Below, piece by piece: positions 48,797 through 61,304 of a stretch of DNA of 64,000 nt (position 1 is its first letter; every line of letters starts with the position of its first letter). Both the position numbers and the translations under genes were made by a program. Origin of the DNA: Curvularia clavata (lineage: Eukaryota); assembly GCA_023920165.1 (NCBI GenBank), contig CP089278.1, positions 620,001-684,000 of the forward strand, written 5' to 3'. The notes under the pieces were generated by a model that had not been told where the DNA came from, did no database searches, and worked only from the letters and a program-made list of their open reading frames with translations.

Positions 48797-49757
48797 TGCA
48801 CTCCAATAAACCCAAATAATGTTGACCATTTTTCTAAATTTGAGCTTTGCCTCTCGGCGAGCTACTGTGTAAATAATGATGTGGGGGGAATGATATCGAC
48901 CTACTACTCTTCTCTACTGCATGAAGTAGATGAACGTATAGCTCTCTCGTGTTCACATGACTTTGACGCCCCACATGTTTCACACCCGCTGTGCTAGCTG
49001 TACTAAGATGTCATGGCGTCATATTCAAGCCACTAGAAGCGCCTCATACAAGAGCCGAATCTGGGGTATTGCTCGCATACACACGCAGATGGTTCTTGAG
49101 GTTCGCGGTGTGATTTGGCTGATTTCCCCAGCCTCTAGCTAATTTGAATTGACCGGGATATCGTTGCCGCTTCACGTACTTGGAGGTTGTTAAATTTTCT
49201 ATACATTACTTTGTTATCGGAACGGAGTCTATTACTTGGCGTACATGAGCTTTTACCTAGTCTTTCTTTTCTCAATTTCTTGCAATGACTTGTTCGCTAA
49301 TCTCATACTTGGACACAGCACGGTATTAATTCCAGCACTCACCAACACGTGTGGCTTGGAAGGTTAATGCAGCTATGCATTTTGAAGTCCATAGAGCAAT
49401 TGCGCATTCAGTGTACCAAGCTAATCTTAGATACTGACGCCATTCCAAAGAAAGCCATTTATGGACAGTTAGCATGTGATTTGTATAAAATGCGCCCAAG
49501 AAATCACCAGAGAAATGCCCGATTGGGTAATCGAGAGACTCAAATACTCATATCGCAGATAATGGGGTGTTTGAAACATTCCCAGAGTTGCCTTCAGGCA
49601 GCCACACGAGGCGTCCCACTAGTGTGGCCTAGTTACACCTAGCATAGCAACTTAAAGCCTCGCCCTCGCACTTTATGTTTATCTTTTGTGACTATTGTGC
49701 CACACTTCTTAACGTCGAAAACATTAACGCGCCTTGATAAAACCACAAGATATTGTC

Positions 49758-50746
49758 ATGGATACTCAAGCGCTGACAAACGGGCGCAACCCTGCAATCG
49801 AGGAGACCGTGAAACCGTGAGTAGTAACGAGCCGATGACCCGTGCGCAGGTTTCACTAACAAAACAAAGACTTTTGATTGACAGCCGAAAATTATACAAA
49901 GACTATCGCGACTTGCAAAGGGGTCGAATTAAGCGAGGATTCCTCTTAGGAGAGGAGTTGCTCAAAGCACGAAGAGACGTATGGGTGGCTGAGCAGAAGT
50001 TACTTGAGGCAATTCGCCCTGTCGCAAAGGCGTCATGTCTTCGCCTCTGCAAAGACGTATACCGAGCCTTACCCCGAGAGTTGAAAGACGTAATCTACAG
50101 CTACCTTCACGCGCACGACACCATCTACGTTGGACCCGAGTACTTTGAGAGAAAATCACGGCCATGCGAGTCGGACTCCAAAGCGCACTACTGGGATGTA
50201 GAGTACACGGGAGAGGAAATGCAAAAAGAGATAGTCGAGAGCTGGTACCGTACGACGTTATTCTATTTCTATGACAAAGCCAACAACGCCAAAGTCATTG
50301 AGCAGTTCCTGGTTACCGATAGATGGGGCCTCGACATTCAGCCGCGGAACTTCATCTGCCACTCTCGTATCGAACTGAGCATGGACGGTGTACTACATAA
50401 CCGATACGGCACTAGATCATGCTGCACTGTAGAAGACGCCGGCAAAAAGCTCGTCAAACCACTCAAGAACTTTGATTCCCTACCCAACCACGTTGAGTTC
50501 TTCATTCGCATTCACACCTATAATGCGCCGCATACTGGGTGTATGAGTATGGTGGAGCTGCGCGACGCAATCAGAGCCGTGGTCGACGAACTAGAAACTT
50601 TATTCAAGGCGGGACATCGTGTGGTTGTTCAGTGGCCCGACTTGGACAACATCGAGCTATCTTGGAAGAATGTGCGCTTTTTTAAGCATGAATGGGTCAA
50701 GCAGATGGAGTTGGCGGCACAGTTGACGCCCAGTGGTAGTGAATAG
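49758..50746 (+). CDS. Hypothetical protein with F-box-like motif
   Basis: Exon 1 49758-49816 (MDTQALTNGRNPAIEETVKP), intron 49817-49869 (GTGAGT..CTAAC..AAG), in frame with the long ORF. LPRELKDVIYSYL motif. Confidence 0.72.
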
Positions 50747-52706
50747 CTGGATACGCAAGTTGCAAAAAGTGGTTGAGAGGGAGAGTTGCGCGATCTTGAG
50801 AGCATGATCGGCTTTATATATCACGTCACTGTATCGACTAGAGACGGGTCTTGTAGAGCAGTTTTACTATTATCCTACTATTTGAGGACTATCATATTGT
50901 ATTGGCCTAAAACTTCAGACACAGAGGTCCTCACAATGCGTAACCAGCCTTGCGCGAGCAAAGCTTGTGGCGTCGATTTTGGTCAACCGATGCTGTTCAC
51001 ATACTCTGATGTTTGCAAGTCCCTTATCTCATCCTGAACGGTATGATCACATATCCATCTCCCAGAATTGCGCATTAGTGGTTGTCCTAAAAACAGTTGG
51101 TATGTTTGCCCGCCGTGTAAGGGGGTGGAGCTTCAGTGTATTCGCATACTCATGTATATCGGTGAGCTCAGCAACTTGCTTTCGAGACTGAATGAGGCCA
51201 TCTTGGCTTGCATCGACATGATTTTCAGAACACAAGACCGATACCGTGATACCGTTCTGGAAGCTTTCCCATCCGAACGTTATCAAATGGCCAAAGACAC
51301 CTAGCGAATCGAAGCTCTGCTTAGTGAGAGCGAGCTCGATCTATTACAACTAAACGCCTGTTCAATACGGCATTTCCATGCATATTGAAATTGACTCCGG
51401 CGAGAAGGCTTGCAAGCCTGTGTCCGGTAGTGGTTGATGTGTAATCTGGCATATTTCGGCCTCCAGCACTTCGTCAGGGCTATTCTTTTTACCGAGGTAC
51501 TGTCTCCTTTTTGGATATCTTAGCGGTAGCTCTGTTTCGTGGAGACTAAGGTAATGAGAAAACAAATAGAGTTTTTGGACAGTGTGTCCAAACAGTGAAG
51601 AGTTGTTGGAGGTAACAGGGTTGGCAGACTATAGGCTTTCACCTCCCCCTACCACGTGATGGATTCTTGTATCGAGGCTCTTCACTTCGGGAGGCCTCGA
51701 CTCCTCGAGTAGCTTGGCTGGTAGTCTCTCTAGATATGTATAAATTGACGTGGGGCAGCTTGTATAAAACAAGGCGGTAGTAACTAGATTTTGTGCCACA
51801 AAGACGATTTTTTGGGCGCATCGAGGTGATCAAAAATCTGTATATACAGCTCTGGAAAAAGATTAGGCATCTTCAAAAGCCGGTATAGCTGGCCGGGCGA
51901 TAGACTTGCGAGTTGGGGCGTTCCTCCAGTTTTCTGTCAGTACCCAGTGCATCCGGGGCGTTTGTGGTGACGAAGGTTTTGGTGGCGGGGAGCATCGGCT
52001 TCGTTAGGCGAGAGATGTGGAGGATGAAGATGGAGTGGTTATTGGTAAAAATGGTGAATGTGACCGAGATGTCCATAATCTTATATTCGCGCTCGAATTC
52101 GTCGTTTATAACGCGACCAAAGCCAACCCCACCCTCCAATTTGAAGATATTGCCAATGCCGATGGACCCTTTCTCCAAAAAAGACCTGGATATCAGCGAG
52201 GCAGCTACAAGAGCAGATCTATAAGCTCAGGACTGTGACCCCGGCGAGGAGCTCGTTCAAGATGGCAATGCCCCACACCCTGAATCCGATATACGTATGC
52301 CAGGAACTTCCCAGTGGTTCTCTTGCTGCTACGTCTATACCCTACCTTCATCCTGGTGCGAGAAGTACAGGACAGAGATTCCTTATTCATCTTGCGCGAT
52401 GATACTCTCGGCGTTCATTATTGCGGTAGTAAAGAATTGAAACAACAAAGATATAGTCGACTGCCTGGCTTCTCGAGGGAGGTGATCATGTTTATAATAG
52501 GGTTTTCGGCGGGTTGGGATATAGTAAAAAAAGCTGTCGACAAAAAAAGAGAACTGAGGGAGCAACGCTGTTAAATACTGCAAAGAGGGGGCGTTTGTCT
52601 ACAAATTCGGTGCTTGGTCTTGACGAGAGTAGAAAACACTACCTAATACTGGAAATCTGTAGAAAGAGGAGCGAATGCATGATACTAGATGCATTTGCAA
52701 TCGGAC

Positions 52707-52814
52707 GACGACAAGCTCATGACGGACGACAAGCTCATGACGGACGACAAACTCATGACGGACGACAAACTCATGACGGACGACAAACTCATGACGGACG
52801 ACAAACTCATGACG
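52707..52814. repeat. 18-bp minisatellite, 6 tandem copies
   Basis: GACGACAAGCTCATGACG x2 followed by GACGACAAACTCATGACG x4, no spacers. Confidence 0.95.
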
Positions 52815-53070
52815 GAATGAATACTTATGCACAACCAAGTAACACTTCAAACGTCAAAAGAAAGAATAAAGATGTTCGTGAACTCGAGAAAGATGTGACT
52901 ACCCTCTATGCGTGAGCATTGCAAATATCTAAAAAAGAAAACTCATGAGCAACCGTATGTCTATCTGTAAAAAGGAAACGCCTTGATATAATCCATTCTC
53001 TCTTAGTAAAACCACCATGACATCCATGGGTATCGATAAATGCAGGCTAACAGAAAAGCAACAATATCAT

Positions 53071-56022
53071 TCACAAATTCCCGATAACGACCATAAAACG
53101 CAATTTGCCATCTGTTTTCTTGCTTGCAGCTGGGTTTGTGCCACCCAGAACATCATCACCTTCACCACTGATTGTGATCTCGTCGAGCATCAGCGTGCTG
53201 CTCTTCCAGCCCCAGCTCTGGCTAAAGTTGAAGCGGTCAGGCGCGCTTTCGTAGATACTGAGCATTCTTCCGCCCTTGGAGGGACTGTAGATCTTGAAGT
53301 ACGTCTTGATCGTCGGTCGGGCGTCTACATAAGGCGGAAGCGCGGGTACTATAGACCTGGTTTTTCGTTGCGATCTTGAACCAAGCGAAGGATTTGCGTA
53401 AGCTGCAGTGTCTGAATCATCTCCTTCGTCAGAAGTATCCGATTCGTGCTCGGATGGTGAGTACTGGGTTTGAGAGTAGTCGGCTGCTTCTCCGCTCTGA
53501 GAAGGCCACGTTGACATGCGGGTTCCCCATCCGGGCGAAATGAGTCGGGAAGCGTTACTGCGTCGTGGTCCCATAGAGTTGCCTGAGAAAATGGAGCCAT
53601 GTAACCCTGGGGATCCGAGTGTTGGGTCAGGGTCCCCGCCGCTCCCAGAGGTGTCGTCCTCAACAGCAGGAGTCACAAAAGGAACACGAGTACCGCGTCT
53701 TCGATCCCGTGGATCGCTTCGCATAAGCATTTCTCTTTCCAAACGACCGATGCGTTCGTCCACTGTGCCGTCGTTTTGCTGGCTAAGAACACTAGCTTGT
53801 ATAGTCTCATCTACCTCACGCTCCTTTGCACGATGGAGGTAAACTCCGAGTTGGACATTCTTGGCGGAGCGTACTTTTTGGATATAAATGTTCCAAAGAG
53901 ACCCAGCATATGACACCGTGCGCGAGTACACGCGTTTTTTCTCTTTGAGGAAACGAGGATTGGGGAATTCGGCAGAGAAACGGAAAGGAGGGAATTCAGT
54001 GTAAGCAATTGGCTTGGGTTGGCCAGCATTGCCACCACCGGCGGATATCGGACGCCGTGGAAAGTCCATGCGCGTGTTGGGGTTCGTCAGCGTTGCTGGA
54101 GTAGATGCAAAGTCTGTTGCCCACTGAGCGTCCTCGGGTTGCAACGTGGCCGATAGGCGTGAGGCATGTCGCTGAAAGGAGCTTGAAGTTGTAACAACTG
54201 GTTCAGCACCATTACCGAGCACGATATTACAGTCCGAGCTTGGGATCCAGAACTTGCGTGGCTTGCCGTTACAATCCCAGCTGTCTGATTCCATGTCGCC
54301 GTCATCAATAGTCGTCTCGACTTGACCCTTTGATTTCAGCTCGCTTCCACTTTTGGTAGCCACATTGGCTGCTTCGGGCCCTGGTAAGGACTGAGACAGG
54401 CCGAGTTCTTGGGCATTCTCGTCCGTATTCAGTACTTTTTGGCGGAGAGCAAGCTGCTGCCAAAGCGAGCTTGAAATGACATTCTCAGGCATGACTGGGA
54501 GGCCGAAGACATCGCGAGCGTTCTTGATGAACTCAAGCTGCTCATATTCCATGTGGATGTAGTGAATACCTTCATCCAAAAGCACTAGTATGCGTTCGAT
54601 ATCGGGGAGTGTGTACAATGCTAGCCACTCGGCTTGGGTGTCGGATGATGCACGAGCGGTGGTTAGAGCATTTTGCCGATACACGCCGTCGAAACGAATA
54701 GCCATCAGGCGTAAAGAGTTGGGCGCTTGTGGTACAGGCTTTTGTCCTCGGTGCATCAAGCCAGCATCCACAGCCGCTAGACGTAGCCGTCGATCAAGAA
54801 GGCGCTTCGCGAGAACCCATCGATCCCACTCACTCTCGACAAAGAAGCCGTCGGAGCCAACAAGCTCGCGGATGATATCGCCCGGCATGTCATCCCAGTA
54901 CTTGAGCGGCATCTCCCAGCCGTTCCTACTTAGCATAGCCTTGGCCGACTCAAGGATGCGATCGCCAGAACGGCCATAGTAGTTGGACGTCACAAGTCGA
55001 ATGAGAAAGGCAAGGGTCTCTGGAGCCATCTGACGCAGAATGGACTCGATGGCGGAGTCTATGAGATCTTGCATTTCCAGCCAACATCCTGTCGCAAACA
55101 AGCCGACAGCTTCAGCATCTGTGTCCTTGGAGATGTCAACCCCGTAGAGCTTCCGTATGGCCAACTCAAACGCTGCTTGCGTGATGCTGGAGTCAATCTC
55201 TTCGGGGTGCAAGGTAACCTCTTTGGACTGGCTCTCCAGCCATGGCTCAGAAAGGGCAGTGGTGAAGAATGGCGCGCGATCAAGAATAAGACGGTGGAGT
55301 GAGTACCGCTGGCCAAATGCAATGACAGTGATGTCTGAATGCCGGCCTTCAAGTAGTCCACGCGAGTAAAGATGATCCGGAAGGGGTATCGCTTCGCATG
55401 AGGCTGTCGGAGTTAGTATCGCATCAGCGATTGGGGAAGGTAGACGATTACCTCTCATATATAGCGGCCCGGTCGCGTTGTTGTACGAGGGTGCACGGGA
55501 GCCCGATGGGACGGTACTTTCGCTGAACAGGGTACTGATCTCTGTGCGAAAGGCATGCTCTGCACGCATAAGATCCAGCGTGGTGCGCCTCTTGCCCGTG
55601 TCCTCGAGCGGAGTGTTTGGATCATCAGCGCTCTTTTGTGCCTGCTCAACCTGGGGCTGCAGCTGAACTATAGGAAGACGTTCCTCTGCGACCAGTGGCC
55701 GTAGCGGCCGGGCTGGCATGCTTTGGTGATTTGCGAGAGACGGCATGGAACTTGAGTGACTGAGGATTCTCCGATGGCCAGCCTGCGGCCTGGAGATTTC
55801 GCCAGCCGAGTCGGAAGGGGCAGCGGGCGGGACTGAGTATATATGGGGCGAGAAGAGGCTGGTGTGTGGAGTGCTACGTAAGCCCGTGCCATTCTCTGTA
55901 CCCTCAGTCTGGTCGGATGCGCGAATCTCGGTGCGAGTCAACCCCTCAGGCGGCGGCGTCTGAGCGTCATTGTTGGGGGCGCTGTTCCCTTGGCCAGCAG
56001 GCGGCTGGTGGGAGGTTTCCAT
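53071..56022 (-). CDS. BTB/POZ-domain protein with C-terminal MATH-like region (Cul3 adaptor type)
   Basis: HSDITVIAFGQRYSLHRLILDRAPFF (BTB); PPFRFSAEF, YAGSLWNIYIQK, QLGVYLHR, FNFSQSWGWKS, LRFMVVIG. 983-aa intronless ORF. Confidence 0.85.
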   Translation of the reverse strand: METSHQPPAGQGNSAPNNDAQTPPPEGLTRTEIRASDQTEGTENGTGLRSTPHTSLFSPHIYSVPPAAPSDSAGEISRPQAGHRRILSHSSSMPSLANHQSMPARPLRPLVAEERLPIVQLQPQVEQAQKSADDPNTPLEDTGKRRTTLDLMRAEHAFRTEISTLFSESTVPSGSRAPSYNNATGPLYMRGNRLPSPIADAILTPTASCEAIPLPDHLYSRGLLEGRHSDITVIAFGQRYSLHRLILDRAPFFTTALSEPWLESQSKEVTLHPEEIDSSITQAAFELAIRKLYGVDISKDTDAEAVGLFATGCWLEMQDLIDSAIESILRQMAPETLAFLIRLVTSNYYGRSGDRILESAKAMLSRNGWEMPLKYWDDMPGDIIRELVGSDGFFVESEWDRWVLAKRLLDRRLRLAAVDAGLMHRGQKPVPQAPNSLRLMAIRFDGVYRQNALTTARASSDTQAEWLALYTLPDIERILVLLDEGIHYIHMEYEQLEFIKNARDVFGLPVMPENVISSSLWQQLALRQKVLNTDENAQELGLSQSLPGPEAANVATKSGSELKSKGQVETTIDDGDMESDSWDCNGKPRKFWIPSSDCNIVLGNGAEPVVTTSSSFQRHASRLSATLQPEDAQWATDFASTPATLTNPNTRMDFPRRPISAGGGNAGQPKPIAYTEFPPFRFSAEFPNPRFLKEKKRVYSRTVSYAGSLWNIYIQKVRSAKNVQLGVYLHRAKEREVDETIQASVLSQQNDGTVDERIGRLEREMLMRSDPRDRRRGTRVPFVTPAVEDDTSGSGGDPDPTLGSPGLHGSIFSGNSMGPRRSNASRLISPGWGTRMSTWPSQSGEAADYSQTQYSPSEHESDTSDEGDDSDTAAYANPSLGSRSQRKTRSIVPALPPYVDARPTIKTYFKIYSPSKGGRMLSIYESAPDRFNFSQSWGWKSSTLMLDEITISGEGDDVLGGTNPAASKKTDGKLRFMVVIGNL

Positions 56023-56474
56023 TCTATGCTATCTGTTGCGTGTCGAGTACATCGGGCGACGTGACTGCTCTGGCGGCCGCGTTGGTGGAGTAGGACAAGC
56101 GGGGTAACAAAGCAGCGCACGACGAGTCTGAGACAGCGAAAAAGCCCTCTGCACGCTGAAGGCAGAGACGAGAGATTTACACAAACCGCCAGCGGTGAGG
56201 GCGGGGGAAAAGACAAAGAATCACGGGGTCGAGGCTGGGCACACGACGCATCACGCCGACAGTGCTGGCAAACGGCGATCTTCGCTGGCGAGGGTCCGGT
56301 GCAGTTGCGACGGTGCGGAGTGGGTCGCGGCTTCCGTCTGTCAACGCCTATGCAGGGATCAGGGCTTGGCGTCGCCGGACCCTCGAACCACCGAAAAGCC
56401 AAAGTCGATGACATGACGACCGAGCAGCTTTTCTCTCCTCTGCGCTGCAACCCCTCCAACCCAACGTCGCTCCA

Positions 56475-58030
56475 ATGGCTTCGGTATTCCAAGCCCTACC
56501 GCAGCTGCGCACGGCAGCCCCCCGTCTCTCGCGCCGCCTCTTCTCGTGCAGACAATGCCTCAACTCGCCCATGCGAACTGCCGTCCCCGCCTCCGCTCGC
56601 GCACCCCGGCCGTCCGTCTTAAACTCGGTACGATGGAAGTCGACGCAACCGCTTCGCAACAGTGTCACAGCGGACGCAGCCAATGCAGGCAGGGTGACGC
56701 TCGCCGAGGCTGAGGCTGCAGCAGAGGGCAAGTCGAGCAGTTTTCCCAAGACGACTTCCAAGAGCGTCGCATACTGGCTGTTGGGCAGTGCTGCCAGCGT
56801 TTTTGGCATAGTTGTGTTTGGTGGGTTGACCCGCCTCACAGAGTCTGGGTAGGCATGGTCGTCAATGCGCCAATTGCTTCCGCTAAATAGTGCAGGTTGA
56901 GTATAACCGAATGGCGCCCAGTCACAGGCTCGCTGTGGCCCATGAGCGAGGAAGAGTGGGCGAGCGAGTTCAACAAGTACAAGGCCTCGCCTGAGTTTGC
57001 TATGCTCAACTCAAGCATGGACCTCGCAGACTTCAAGAAGATCTACTTTATGGAATGGGCCCACCGTCTCTGGGGTCGCGTCATTGGCGTCACCATGCTC
57101 CTGCCGACCGCCTATTTTATCGCTCGCCGGAGAGTCACGCCTTCAATGGCTTGGAAACTGGTCGGAATCTGTGGCATGATTGGTTTCCAAGGTGTTATTG
57201 GCTGGTGGATGGTCAAGAGCGGCCTCAAAGATGACCTTTTCGAGCCTGGTAGCCACCCGCGCGTCTCCCAGTATCGCTTGACCGCGCATCTCGGTACTGC
57301 TTTTGCTGTCTATTGCTCAATGGTCATGACTGGACTTTCCATCCTCAAGGAACACCGAATGCTTGCAGACCCCGCAAAGGCTGCTGAAACCATCAAGGCG
57401 CTACAGCACCCTGTTCTACGTGTGTTTAGGGGTTCCGTAGTTGGCCTCACACTTCTCGTCTTCACTACGGCTATGTCTGGTGCACTGGTCGCTGGTCTCG
57501 ATGCAGGCCTGATCTACAACGAATTCCCTTGGATGGGACTTGGACTTACTCCACCCAGAAAGGAGCTCTTCGACCCCTTCTATAGCCACGTCCCCGATCA
57601 ATCGGATCTCTGGTGGCGCAACATGCTCGAGAACCCTTCCCTCGTTCAGCTCGACCACCGTATCCTCGCCACCACGACCTTCACCGCCGTCATGAGCCTC
57701 TTCGCCTACACTCGCTTTTCCAAGGGCGTCCGGACTACTTTGCCCAAAGATGCCCAGAAAGGCGTCCTAGGATTGGTCCATCTCGTCTCGCTGCAAGTCA
57801 CGCTTGGCATCAGCACTCTGATCTACATGGTACCCACTTGGCTGGCTTCTGCACATCAGGCTGGTGCACTTGCCTTGCTGACTGGTACCGTCGTGCTCTT
57901 CAACAGGATATCCATGCCTCGACGGGCTATCCTTCGCCAGGTCATGAAGCCCCAGGCTCCTAGGTCGACCACCGCACCACACCTCTCTTCCCGTCTAGAG
58001 ACCGCAAAGGTCGTCAATAAATCCTCATAA
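56475..58030 (+). CDS. COX15: Heme A synthase Cox15
   Basis: Arg/Ser-rich mitochondrial presequence; VVFGGLTRLTESG|LSITEWRPVTG (intron ~56849-56895); EWAHRLWGR; HPRVSQYRLTAHL; QLDHR; SAHQ. Confidence 0.95.
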
Positions 58031-58349
58031 GCCTCAGGCTCTCATTGATTGTATAGATTTCTTGTATTGTAGCCATGTACAGACCCTTCACTTAGACCAG
58101 CTTGTACGATATGTAGGTTGCATCACGCCATTACTCTCCTCATGTCACTTTCTTAGTTCATCACTACGTTTCAAATTCAATCTGCAGGTGGGCTTTCATG
58201 TCATCATGCAGCAAAACCTCTTTTTAGAGAAAGGTCCTCCATACGCTGATTATTAGATCACATCAACAAAATCCATTTTGAGCAGCTGCGGCTGAGGTTG
58301 TACAACTACACTCATGTCTCGTTTTGCCTCGTTTTCATCTTTCTCTTGC

Positions 58350-59405
58350 GTCCCAGTCTTTTCTAGTTTTATCACTTAAACCTAGCAGCTGCTGTATCAC
58401 ACAGCGGCAACTCCGATTCGCACGCGGTTTCCAAATCCCTTCGCAACGCCTCGTATACGACCCCTCATACTTGCGATATCCGAAATTTCTCCTAGAAAAA
58501 CTAGGCTTAAGTGAAGAAAAAGGGAAACCATCCAATGAATGTGACATTTCCTCGACTCAAGACGCTTGGAGAGTGTTGGTCGAATGCAGAGAAATTGCTT
58601 TCGATTGCCGACGCTGCTCGTATAACTGGCTCAGTGTTTTGGCTGAAAAATGAAAAGAGGCCGCAAATGCATCGCAGGTTTGGGAACGCTAGGTTGCGTG
58701 CAAAGGATGAAGTGAGGGTCTGGCGTCAGTGCGAAGTCTCATTGTTGCTCCTCTGAGTATGGGGGATCCGTTGCTACTGTGCAAGTCAAGTTTGCATGTG
58801 GATATGCTGAGTATGGCGTCTCTTGGGATATGTTGCCGAGGAAAGTCGGAGGGATGGCTAGGTCGGGTATCGCACCAGTAGTGTATGACTGGTCCATGGT
58901 CGAAAATTCCAGGTCTGATAGTAGCATGGAAAAACAGTCGTTTTGACAAGTATTGTCAAACAAGGTCTTCGCTTCAAACTGTTTGATGCTCAAGTCCAAC
59001 ATGCACATATCTGGCCCTCCTTTGTGTCACTTTAAACATTCTGATGATCGGACTTCACTTTTCGAACGAATTATCGAACCTGTCGTCTTGCGTTCAAGGC
59101 TTGCTCGCCTCGAAATTGCATTTTGCTTTCTTTGGAGTCATTGTATTGCTGTAAAAGGGCTCTCCTGCCTGTCCGCTGTGTGACGAGGTATTCACTTTTT
59201 GTTCCTCTCTTATACAGCGCGCGTATTGGGGCTTGTCTTTGAAGTATCTTGTATTGGATGCTGCACAAGCCTGAAATTTGCCTGCCAAGTCAGTTATACA
59301 GGTCGAATCTTCTTTCCATAATCGTAGGCAAGTAGGTGCCAAGACATAAACGTGGTTTTGTAAAAAATACTGTTACCCTTGCCTTCATCGTCCGGCTTCA
59401 AGCAT
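58350..59405 (-). pseudogene. Probable decayed Zn2Cys6 transcription factor gene
   Basis: FQACAASNTRYFKDKPQYARCIREEQK followed by AAGTGAATAC (a frameshifted KCEY) resembles an eroded zinc cluster. Upstream intron signals (GTAACA..ACTGAC..CAG); downstream frames broken by stops. 3' boundary approximate. Confidence 0.4.
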
Positions 59406-60015
59406 GCGGGAATGCCTGTTGCTAAAACATCGTAGGCCCCTAGCGTTTCTCTGGTCGGCCCATGCGAACTTCAGAAGTGGGTGCTCGTTGCGTGCATCGG
59501 AACGGCATCTGTGCATGTGAAATTGCATTGGTGTGGGGAGGTGTCTAGGGTTTTGGCTTGGCTCGATGTCAGCCATTTGCATTGCATGGAGAGAGGCTAC
59601 TCTAAGAAGATCACGTCATCTGTGTGCATAGAACACGTGACGTCTAGTGTGAAGAGAAGAATGCGGACCTGCGTCACCCACTTGCATACAAAAGGTCAGC
59701 CGCTTGCAGCTCTAGCGTCCCCTGCTGGTCCAATAGGAGAGCGTCATTCTTCAGCTCCGTCGCTCCCTCTAATGCTTCTTCATAACAACAACCTCTCTGT
59801 GGCGGCCAAATGATCTCAATTTGTCAGATTTCGAATCACAGTTCCATGCATGACAAGGCGCCGAGACCACACATACGAAAATCACCATGCCACCTGCTGA
59901 CCTAAACAGGGCGTACCTGTGGTTCAGAATAGATAAATTCACCGTCTTGAAGCTTCCCCGGCTTGCCATTCCACCTATTCAACTGTACTCTCAACCTTGA
60001 CCAAACAATCACAGC

Positions 60016-61094
60016 ATGTCAAAAAAACTCATCACGGTTCTGGGTATCACTGGAACGCAGGTATGTTGAAACATATGTGTCACATGCCAGACCCACACTG
60101 ATTCGAGCTCCAGGGCGGCTCTGTTGCCAGTCGATTTCTCTCTCACACCGAGTGGCATGTTCGCGGGCTTACACGCAATCCTGATTCTGTGAAAGCCAAA
60201 GACTGGGCAAGCAAAGGTGTTGAGATCGTCAAAGGCGACCACGACGATCTAGAATCGCTCAAGGCTGCCTTCCAAGGAACACACGCCATCTTCGCCGTCA
60301 CTGATTGGGCCGCATGCTTCTCACGTGTTTCGGAGAACGCCAGTCTGCAAAACGAAGCGAACAAGGCTGGTCTATCATATGAAGAATACGCTAGAGAGTT
60401 GGAAAAGCAGCAGGGCATCAATGTGGCAACGGCCGCCAATGACCCCAAAGTCCTCTCAACACTGGAAAAATTTGTTTTCTCAACGTTAGCCCCTGTCAAA
60501 CAGATCAGCGCCGGCAAGTACAAGAACTCGTATGAGTTTGACTCTAAGGCTGCCGTCGAGCAGTACATACGAGGGCGACTTCCAGAGCTACGGGACCGCC
60601 TTAGCACTGTTAACATGGGCATATTCCAAGAGACGTGGAGAGATATTCCCGCATTTCGGCCCCACAAACTCGCTGACGGAACCTTTGAATATGTCCGTCT
60701 CGACTGCCCCGGCTCGCACAAAGCAAACCCGGAAGTTGTAGCCACTCAGGACACTGGTGCATTTGTTGAAGCCCTCGTCCTTCACCACCCACCTGGCACT
60801 GACGTCCTGGGTGCCAGCGAGATCATCACCAAGCCAGACTATGCAGCGCTGTGGGGTCGGACCATGGGGGTCAAGGCCACTTGCAGAGATATCCCGGAGG
60901 AGGAATTCTTGAAGTATGTCCCGGCAGGCTTTGAGGCTACCCTGATCGATGACCTTCGATTCTTCTCAGAGTACGGCTACGCTGGCGGAAACCCCAAGGT
61001 CAAGACTCCGGCGGAGTTAGGTATCAAGACTACCTCTTTGGAGGATTTCTTCAGGAGCCAGGACTGGAGTGCCGTTTTGAAAGGAGAGATGTAA
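60016..61094 (+). CDS. NmrA-like NAD(P)-binding protein
   Basis: MSKKLITVLGITGTQ|GGSVA (intron 60061-60113); VRGLTRNPDS; GVEIVKGD; AFQGTHAIFAVTD; FDSKAAVE. Confidence 0.92.
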
Positions 61095-61304
61095 TTTTTA
61101 TTGCTCACAGATCCGCCACCCGTAGAATTTCCAGTTATCGCGACCATATTATCTTTACCACTTGTATGAATTCTTGTAATTAATCCGAATATTACTTGGT
61201 GCACAATTCAATAGCACTACCTGATCATTAACATGTCGAGAACAGAAGTGAAATTCTTTGCCTATCATGTATACATAAACATCTCTCAATATAGTCGATG
61301 ATAG

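Noticed and set aside
52707..52814. Regular direct repeats as a CRISPR array
   Set aside because: Units are contiguous with no unique spacers, and the genome is eukaryotic. It is a minisatellite.
59065..59115. TCGAACC as the reverse T-loop of a tRNA
   Set aside because: No supporting acceptor, D or anticodon stems.
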